Virus record (IMG/VR): IMGVR_UViG_3300033416_000003 | Span: 3,668 to 67,667 of that record | Reading direction: 5' to 3' (one strand) | Length of the DNA: 64,000 nucleotides | Origin: a virus | Taxonomy: Duplodnaviria; Caudoviricetes | Part shown: in pieces, positions 25,201-34,200 of the stretch | How positions within the stretch are numbered: the stretch's first letter is position 1 | How the letters are laid out: each line of letters begins with the position of its first letter | Translations under genes and position numbers: made by a program | The notes under the pieces: generated by a model | Database searches by the model: none | Told to the model about the DNA's origin: nothing | The model's input: the letters and a program-made list of their open reading frames with translations, nothing else

Positions 25201-25707
25201 TCACTTGGTTGGTTGCGACACAGCCGGTGGGATGGCGTCAATCCCCCTACTGATGGCCCGCTTCGTTTCGTCCTTGCCAACGAGAGCACCGAACGAGAAA
25301 ATCCCCACAATGACCACCGCGGCGAGGAGTAGGAGCAGAATACTTGTCAGCTTGGTATTCATGTGCTGCCTGATCCCAAGCTGAGACGCGGTTGCAATGG
25401 GACCGCTCACCATCTTGGAGTCAATGCGTTCGACGCGCTCCGAAATGAGCTGCACGTCCCGCTGAATCCCCTCGGTATGCCTGGCGAGGGTCTCGACATG
25501 CTTCGACAGCGCGACTACGGTTGATTTCATGCCGTCAACGGCCTCGGTGACTCCCTTCAGAGAGCCTCCGTACTCGGCCACGACGGCATCGTGAAACTCG
25601 CAAAACTGAAGCCGTTCCATGCCTATCCCTGGCGCAGGTTCACATGGTGACGCCTGCTTGTCCCAAAACTGCGTCTGATCATTAGTGGTGCCCTCCATGT
25701 CAATCAT
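25201..25707 (-). CDS. coiled-coil protein with C-terminal TM helix
   Basis: ATGA overlap with the SGNH stop; ILLLLLAAVVIVGIFSFG segment. Confidence 0.65.
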   Translation of the reverse strand: MIDMEGTTNDQTQFWDKQASPCEPAPGIGMERLQFCEFHDAVVAEYGGSLKGVTEAVDGMKSTVVALSKHVETLARHTEGIQRDVQLISERVERIDSKMVSGPIATASQLGIRQHMNTKLTSILLLLLAAVVIVGIFSFGALVGKDETKRAISRGIDAIPPAVSQPTK

Positions 25708-26270
25708 AGTCCTAATACCCACTTCCAAAGTAACGCCCATCTGGCCTGACCTACGGTGCTGTCGTAGTGAATGAGGTCATCGGCGTAGTAGGTTACACCG
25801 TTGTCCGTCCACTCCATACCCTGGTCGAACCCACTGTCCCGCTCATCAGCTCCGGCGTGGCAAGACGCACCACAAGCTGCCACCACGTCATCGATCCAAC
25901 CCGCCAACGTGTCCCATCGCGCATCATCTCCGTAGGCTCCGCTCCAGGGTTTGGCGATGTAGATCGCGGCAGCCGGCCAGCGGTCCGTGTACTCCGCGAG
26001 CAGCAGTGCCCAATTGGCCTTCCACGTTGCCTCGTTTGGTAGGGCGGCGGAGGCATCATTAACCCCCCATCCCAATAGAATGGTATCCGGAGTGACGGTG
26101 ACGGATCCAAGTCTGGTATCAGCGGCGGCAAGCGCGGTAGCGACTGTCGATCCCCCTACTCCAACTGATTGAACTCCCCAGCACTGGGGGCGTAGGGCAG
26201 CAATCCAACCACCCTGGCCGGCGGTCTTCGAGTCACCATCGGCCAAGATCCACCTGGCCTCGGATGTTAC
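25704..26270 (-). CDS. SGNH/GDSL esterase domain, in frame with the upstream fibre gene
   Basis: WILADGDS (block I), GVGGST (II), WGVND (III), DDLIHY (V). Track start is TTG at 26246; the reading frame is open back to the TGA at 26271. Confidence 0.8.
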   Translation of the reverse strand, partial: VTSEARWILADGDSKTAGQGGWIAALRPQCWGVQSVGVGGSTVATALAAADTRLGSVTVTPDTILLGWGVNDASAALPNEATWKANWALLLAEYTDRWPAAAIYIAKPWSGAYGDDARWDTLAGWIDDVVAACGASCHAGADERDSGFDQGMEWTDNGVTYYADDLIHYDSTVGQARWALLWKWVLGL

Positions 26271-28229
26271 TCACGGCAGGACCATCCAAGTCAGGACCAC
26301 ATCGAACTCACCAGCGGTCGCGTGCCCGTCGTCGAGGTGAGTTGCATTACCGTCAATCAAGCAGGTAATCGCCTGCGTTGCGGTGTATGAGTAGAGCTTA
26401 AATCCAACCATGTCGGCGTCTGGCAGGTCGGTTCCGCGTTCCGCATCGGCGTCGCCGTAGACAGTGTTCGCGGCGGCCTTCAGAGTCTGCGCCGTGGTGA
26501 TCTGATTGTAAGCTGCTGCGGCCGATCCACACGCGATCGTTAGAGTGTCATCAAACACTGCCTGCTCAGTGATAACGACGTCGGCAGCCATGAGCACCGC
26601 CTTAGCGGGAAGCGTCACGATTCCCTGCGCGTGAGTGGCCCCGGTGGCTGTAGCCCAATCGTCATGGGTGAAGTGCCACTTACCGCTAGTCGGAGCGTGG
26701 CCGATCGTGGTCCCCACTTGAGCCTCAGCGTCAGCGGTGGGGAGGACATAGGTTGCGAACTGGCCGGAGACGTCGCCGTCGTCAAGCGCTGTAGCGGTCG
26801 CAGCGTCGGAGTACTGCGGTCGTGCGCACAGACCCTCGTCTGTATCTGCACTTCCTGTCGCACCCTCGTCCTGAAGGCCGTTGTAGTTGAACGTCAACGA
26901 GTTGGCGTCCGTTCCGGCGGCTACGGACGTGGACTCAAAACCGTAGGTTCCCATCAGGGCTACGCCAGTCAGGTTCTGGAACGCGGTACCAAGAATCGTC
27001 GTGCTGGAGTAGATCGAACCCACGACCTTGAAGCCATAGGTACCATCCCAGAAGGTCGCCCGCAACGTCTCGGTGCCGTTAACCGTCGTGTACACATTGA
27101 GTCCGGAATCGTGATCGGTCTCGTCGCTGGCGTGGAACCAGTCGGAGATTTTGAACGCCTCCAGGCGCGCAGCCTCGTGCGCAGCCTCGACTGTATTGAC
27201 GCTACCGACGAGCCGGAAGCGGGCGACCGCGGTATCCCCCGTCTGGCCCGTCGTCGGGACGTTGCTGTTGGTGAGTACCAAAGGAGCGGCCTCGGCGTTG
27301 TTGCCGTCGAGGCTGATCCCCAATGCTGCTAGCCATGTGTTTCCAGAACTCAAGTTGATTCCGAGCGTGTAAGGGCTGACCGCGGTGCCGCTGCCGCCAC
27401 GAGTCAGGGTCCCGTCAGTGGCGTTGGTGACCTCGTTGCCCGTAACGCTGTCGCCGTCGGCCGGGATCGCGGCCCAAGAGAGTGTTCCGTTGCCAGCGGC
27501 ATCGGTAAGCACGCTTGAAGCCGCGCCACGGGCGGTCGGCCACACGTACGCCGAGGTCTCAGACTGCACTCCGGCGGTGATCGTCGTGTAGAAGTCCACC
27601 GCACCCGCAGACCACAGCTTGATTGATCCCGCCGTGTTGGTTGCGGCATCAACGCCCAGCACGAGCTGACCGTCGAACTGCGGCGCTCCGTTGCACTGAA
27701 GCACTCCGGCAGTACTGCACGTACATCCCGCCGCCCCGTATCCACCCCCCACCTCGAGCGCGAGGGCGGTCACGGTGTCGGTAGAGACTCCAAACGCGCT
27801 ACTCGTACCGCTGCCATCTTTAACAGTGTACTCGGTAGCGCTTAGCCCCAGGTTTGCCTTATATGCTGCCTGCGCGGTGCATGCCGCGTCGGCTCCGGGA
27901 CGGAGATTCCCGGTGGCCTGAACCCGGTGCGGCTTGATCTTGATCGAAGACTGCGAGGGCGGCTCGCCGTCCACGGCATACCGGTAGCCGCACAGCTCCA
28001 CAACATCGGCGTCATCAAGCTCGGTTTGCGCTGCCTCGGTCGCGCCGCCGGCAACTCCGGTGCAGGTGAGGCTGCTGGTGGTACACGTCCACGTGCCAGT
28101 CAGAGCAGTCCGACTGTCCAAAACGAGAAGATCACCAAAGTACTCCCTCTCAGCGGACTTCGCAAGATCCTGAGCAGCCGCACCAGTCGCCAGTAGAGCA
28201 AACATGACACAAAAGGTAAGTCTTCGCAT
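26271..28229 (-). CDS. tail fibre/spike-like protein with N-terminal signal peptide
   Basis: Gly/Thr/Ala-rich beta-strand composition; tail-module position; MRRLTFCVMFALLATGAAA|QD. Confidence 0.6.
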   Translation of the reverse strand: MRRLTFCVMFALLATGAAAQDLAKSAEREYFGDLLVLDSRTALTGTWTCTTSSLTCTGVAGGATEAAQTELDDADVVELCGYRYAVDGEPPSQSSIKIKPHRVQATGNLRPGADAACTAQAAYKANLGLSATEYTVKDGSGTSSAFGVSTDTVTALALEVGGGYGAAGCTCSTAGVLQCNGAPQFDGQLVLGVDAATNTAGSIKLWSAGAVDFYTTITAGVQSETSAYVWPTARGAASSVLTDAAGNGTLSWAAIPADGDSVTGNEVTNATDGTLTRGGSGTAVSPYTLGINLSSGNTWLAALGISLDGNNAEAAPLVLTNSNVPTTGQTGDTAVARFRLVGSVNTVEAAHEAARLEAFKISDWFHASDETDHDSGLNVYTTVNGTETLRATFWDGTYGFKVVGSIYSSTTILGTAFQNLTGVALMGTYGFESTSVAAGTDANSLTFNYNGLQDEGATGSADTDEGLCARPQYSDAATATALDDGDVSGQFATYVLPTADAEAQVGTTIGHAPTSGKWHFTHDDWATATGATHAQGIVTLPAKAVLMAADVVITEQAVFDDTLTIACGSAAAAYNQITTAQTLKAAANTVYGDADAERGTDLPDADMVGFKLYSYTATQAITCLIDGNATHLDDGHATAGEFDVVLTWMVLP

Positions 28230-28232
28230 GTG

Positions 28233-31200
28233 TTATCTCCTGTAATACGCCTGGTTGTCGGCGTCCTGCGCAATCCAGAAATCTCGGTTCCATTGCTTCT
28301 GAAGTCTGATCCGCCCCGCTTCGTTCTTGCTCTGCTTCATCTGCCGCATCCGATCCTTCATCCCACCACTTTTCTCATAGTCAGCCACAAGCTGAAGAAG
28401 CCTGCGGTACTTTTTCAGGTACTCATCAGCTTCGTTGGTTCCCGCAGTTTTGTCTCTGTCCTTCAATTCCTTCCAGCGCTCGGCTCGCGCTTGAGCCATC
28501 TCCAAGTTTCCGTAGAACCTGTCGCTAACCAGCCAGTCCGGAAGGTCGTACATCATGCGCCGCATCACCGGGATATCCCTCGCGGCCAGCGGCTCTCCCT
28601 GGATCGCCTTGATGATCGACGGAATTCCGGTGGATGCCATCTGGAGCAGTCCTGGAGTAGCAAAGTCGAAGCAATACTTGATCGACTCCGGCGACCAATC
28701 GAGACGGCCCGCGGGAAGGTTCCGGTCATTCGTCAGCTCAGAGACCCACTCTGCTATATTCTTGTAAGCCGATGGGGTCTTTGCCCAGTACATCTCATGG
28801 TCCGGGACCGTTTCCTTCGTAAACGGCTCGGGCTTGATCTTGGTTCCGAACGTGTTGCGGTTGAACGCAATGTCAAGCGGAAGTCGAGCCGGCCATGGAG
28901 TGAGAAGTTGAATGATCCCCTTCACGGTGTCTCCGCTCATGTCAACCTGACCCAGCGGATTGAACGCCGCCGCGAACGCAGACGCGAAGTCGAGAGCTGC
29001 TTCTTCCGCACCCTTGTTACCATTCACATACTGCTCAGCCAAGTGGCCCAGGTAGAACGGCAGGTTGTATCCCCACGCGAGCCGGAGCCTGAACAGCTTG
29101 TCCTCGCTGATGTTGAACGGGATGGATCGCTCCCACACGCTGGTCGGGATGTTGTCTACCTTGTCGTTACCCTCATCGTCGTCCCTTCCCATGCGATGCC
29201 TCAGGTAATTAGAGTACATGTAGCCGAACACCGCGATGCCGGAGACCAGCCCCTTCAGCTTGTGCGACTTAGCAATGTTCCGCAGCATGATTGCGTTTCC
29301 CTGGATACCGGCATTAGCGAACAGATATAGGGGTGCGAAGTACCTTGCCCACTCTCCACGCTGCGAGAAGTCCACCGTGATGCGCCTGGATGCCTCAGCG
29401 GCGTGTACCTCGTCCACTCCCGCTTGTCGTAGAATTACGTACAGACCCAAACGTGGACCGGCCTCGGTCATGGCTGTCACGTCCTCGAACCATGTGAATG
29501 GTATCATGGACTTGGCCCAAATCTTAGAGCCCACACTCTGCTCCCTCATGGCCTTAGCGAGCTTTTCAACCTGATCCTCAATGCTCTCAAGCCCCAGGAA
29601 TGAGATCATTCCTCCATGCTTACGGGCCTCAAGGTAGTAGCGCTCAGTATCGTTCTGAGCAGTTACTTCTTCTCCTCGTCCTTCTGCGCGTCTGATCCGG
29701 TAAACCGCTTTGTAAATCTGAGGTAACATTTTTAGTATCTTGATTCTGGGCCACTTTAGATCTTGAGCTGTTACGTTGAGACCGGCAGTCTGAAGATCAG
29801 CAAGCAGATTGGGGAAGATAAACTCTGGGTTCCTGGCAGTCAGGAACGAGGAATAGACACGAGTCAATACACCAACGGCGCGAAGGAACGCCGGAGTGTA
29901 GCTTGGCCCCAGGTTCTTCAGCACCGACATGGCGGCGGGATGATTGAACCTTACCAAGTACTTGGTGCCCTTATCCCAGACCGCTATCACATCAGGAGCG
30001 CGCTCAATCTGGGGATCGGTCCTGTACTTGATCATGCCGCTTTCCTCATCGTAATAGGGACGGCGCGGCGGCTTGATGATCTCCCAGAGAACCTTTCCGT
30101 CTGACGTCTTGGCGTCAGGAAATGACGTCACAAGCTCGAGCAGGGGCTTCAGTGCGTTGAGCTTCTCGACCTTGCTGGCGATGCCACAGGTGTCGTTGAC
30201 CATATGGGCCAGTACGTTACTCGGCGGCGTGAAACGTCCGGTGCCAGCACGAGTGAGCCGACCTCTGACCTCGACGCCAATCCCGCTCCCACCCTTGACA
30301 GCTCCCTCCTCCTGCATCCATCCGATGATCTTCTGGCGCGCCGTCTTGGGAACGATCTCCTCCTCGCCCTGGAAGGTGACGTAGTGCGTGTACGCCTTCC
30401 GCAAGCGGTCCACATCGGTGGACTCCATCATCCCCGACTCGGACATCATACCCAGGCGATACTCGCCGATGTTCCACGCAATCTTAGCCATCGGACCCAG
30501 CTTGCCACCGTAGGTCCAGGTACGCATGTCGGACGAAGGGCGCGTCACGGTGATCCAGCCGGCGCGCTCAAGCTCCGCGATCTTAGCAACGGCCCAGGAG
30601 TTCGTGCGTCCCTTACCAGTTCCCGGAGTCTCGCCCTCCGGGTCCCAACTGGAGCGATCCGCTACATGCTCCGCAATGTCCTGATCCAGCTTCTGAGACT
30701 CGACACCGAGGAAGTACAGCTTCCGCTCATAGTCCTCAATATGCTCATCCTCAGTAGCCGCGTTACGCAGGCTCTCTTGCTTCTTGATCTTGGCATCCAA
30801 CCGCTTGCGCTTTGAAGCCAAGAGATCCATGCGCCGCTGCCACCCAGCCTGGAAGATGTGGTCGTTGTACTCCTGGGCATGAGCAGCAACGAGCAGCTCC
30901 TCGAGCGCGTCATGGACTTCTTTCTGCGGCTTGCGTTCGGAACGCGCCAGTCTCTCCTCTTCTTTGAGAATGCGTCGCTCCTGGAGGTCAATGTGCCGGA
31001 TGCGATCGGCCAGGCGCTGGGTCATGTTCCCGAGCGCCAGGGCGAGGTCCAGCTGCGTCGGGACGTCAAGCCCTGCAATGTCCCTCTGCAGCGGCTTGAA
31101 GTTGCCGTACTGATTCCAGCCCTTGCGCTGCATCCAGTCACGAATGATCCGCCACGTACCGGCTTGGATCTGACCATACTGACCGTACACCTGGCCGGTG

Positions 31201-34200
31201 GAATCACGGAGCGCAGGGCGCGGCTCGGTGCCGGGGATGGTGGGGATTTCAGCCGCGGTGTCAGGCTCTACCCTTGGTACAGACGGAAGGCTCTCAATTA
31301 CTATCTGCTCGGGCTCGAAAGCCACTACTACGTGGTCTAGAATTTCTTCTTGGCTCGCTGAATCGAACGTGTTGAGAAACACAACACCGTCGTGACCAAG
31401 CTTCTTGGCTCTCTTGATTATGTCGTAGTAACTCTCTTCTCTGTACGTCTCTCCAGAAAAATCGTACACCAGCGGGTTGGAAAGTCTAATCAGACATCTC
31501 AAAACAGTACCCTTTACTTGCTCAACTCCGGAAGCGAAATCAGAGTACGTTTTTGCAGTTTCTATCCTAGCTGAGAAGAAAAACCCATTCTCAGCAGACG
31601 GCGCTCCGGTTGTGCTACCTAGCAGAGATGGGTTAAAGTCTACACCCTCAAAGTTTCCAGTCCCGTGAAATCCCTCTACAACAACTGGGGTTCCGGTTTT
31701 TACACCGACTTTCTTTGATGGTTTTATTAATGATTGAATCTCTGATTTATGCCTAGAATAAATAGGAGTAAGCTCAGCTTTTTGTCTCTCAATAATAGGA
31801 TTTAGTATTGAGTCATGAATTTTACCTATGTCTATAAGTTCTTGTTCGTGTCTTATCCAAATCGGTTCTAGCGCAGAAAATCTTTGATATCCAGTAGTTC
31901 CAGACGCATCTAACTCATCCTGTAGCTTTTTTACCTCATTAGATTGTCTAGTTCTAATTTTAGTTAATTCATCTCTTATCTTATTATAGATTGGATCTAA
32001 CTCTGATTTATAACGCCCAAGAACCTCATTAACCTCAGCTATGTGTCTTTCATTAACCGTACCAAGATTAACAAACTCCGGTCCCCACTCTCTCAGCACC
32101 GGAGCCCTGCGAGACCACTTCCTGAAATATGGAGACCTCACCCCGAGACGCTCCCACGCGCTCTTAGCTTTAGCCTCCTCACCGGTAGGAGCCCCCACCG
32201 AAGACGCTAGAGCAAACATAGTCTTCGGCTTCGCAGTAGTAGCCATCGTCTGCCCGAGCTTCTTCCACAGAGCATCTACCCGCTTGACATCCCCCGACTT
32301 CTGCGCCGCGCGGATCGCACGCACGAAGGTCATTCCGCGACGACCCGTGACCGACGTATCATTGCGGAAGCGAGCCTCGGCGTCGGAGAGAGCAAACCGA
32401 GCCTCGCCCCTCTTCCCAGCTTCGACGAGCCCCTCTCGCGTCTCCCACGGAGCGGTGGCTGCTCTCTCCTCTGGAGTCATGCGCAGCCGGTGCTCAACAG
32501 CGCGCGCCTCGACCTCGCCTGGCTGGAGCAGGTAGGCGCGGAACGCGGCCTTGGAGTCGGCGTCGAAGATGTCTCCGGTTTCCTGCGCGATATTCTCCAG
32601 CTCGGTCATGTACACAGCCCGGTTGCTCGTACGTGCGTGAGCGGGCATCGTGCCACGCTCGAAGCCCTCAGCGCGCTGAATCGCGTGCTGAATCTCATGC
32701 GATATTGACCTCGGAAGCTGCTCGCTCCCGAAAGACCACGGGCTGAGATTGATGCGTCCGTTAGAGAATGTCGATGCCTTGGTTTCCAGAGAAGCGAGCT
32801 TCACCGGAACCTGAGCTAAGCGCGGATACGCAGCGAAGAGCTGGGGATGATCCAGGATATCCCCCAGCTGCGTAACGTTCTCATTGAAGTACTTCCTGAG
32901 ATCCGCGTAGTTACGAAGCGGAGGGAGTGTGATGCGCATCTTGGAGTCGTCAACCTCGAACTTCCACCCGTCAGGCTCGTGCCACCAGCCAGTTGCGGAT
33001 CGAATCTCCTCGCGCGTCCTCCCCTCCTGCTCCATCCGGATGGCAGCTGAGGCATCGGCTCCCAGAGCGCGCTGACCGGCAAACGCGGGACGCGACCCTC
33101 TATCCTTCGCTTCCTGGGAAGTAGACGCCACCTTGGCTGTCACCTCTCCGGGAGTTGTCACACCCCTCTTGGCTCGTCTGGTAATGGCAGACAAGAGCCT
33201 CTCAGGATATGCGAGGTAGTTGGCTAGACGATCGACTCCGAACCGCTGAATGTCCGGAGAGTGAGGACCAGTGTTGCCGTTGTCGATTTCGATCATGTCA
33301 AGCTCGGACTGTTGCTGAGCCAGCGCCACCAGCTCGTCAAAGGTCTGAGGAGCATTAGGCCAATTCATGGTCTTAATCTTGGCCATCGTTTTGGCCCTCT
33401 CAGCAGGCTGAGTTCTTCGTATTGTCTCCTCGCTAATCGCGGGTCTTGCTTCGTTCTCAGCACCAGTCGCGGTTTCCGCCGGAAACTCTGCCAAGCGTTC
33501 AATGCCACGAGAGAGGATCTCGCGCGCTTGACGGACATCAGAGTAGCGGTCGCCTCCTGGGCGGCGCAATCCTAGGCCGTTTACGAGGTCACCAAACTTA
33601 TCGTGTATCCACTCATAGATGCGCCTGATGATGGGTCGCTTCTGAGCCTCGACGTCGCCGAGGTGCTCACCCACGGCCTGCAGAAGATCCTCCCCATGAA
33701 TCTGAGCGATGCGAGAGAACGTCTCATCCTCTAGCGTCGCCGGATCTAGCGGTGTATCAGGGTACTCGCTAGCGTACGTGTCTCGATTCCACTGCTCCTG
33801 TTTTGCCCATTGTTGAGGTAGTAGTCGTTGAATTTCCTGGATAAGTGGCGTCTTCAGCTCCAGGGGCATGTCGTGCATAAGCTCGTGAGCGAAGATTTGC
33901 TTGACGTTCTCCCTGAGCGGCAAGCCGCGCTGGAGAACCACAACCCCGGACATCCTGGACGCGGAACCCAGAGCACTCAGGGGAGAATCCACGAACACGA
34001 CCTTGCGACCAATACTGGGAGCCCACGCCGCCACCGCGCGATCAACCGGATTTATCGGCTGCACATGATGGACGCGCGAGCGTTGCTCCTGCAGCTTTGA
34101 TATCTCAGCAGCTTTCTGCTCCGGAGTGAGCCTAGTGCTCCTCCCAACCTCAGCGATCTTGTCATCAACCGCCTTCAGGTAGCCCCGGAGCGCCGTCCCC

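Noticed and set aside
28230-29330. 366-aa plus-strand ORF
   Set aside because: Antisense shadow of the LPD38-like region of the giant gene; no motifs, no RBS, opposite to the operon.
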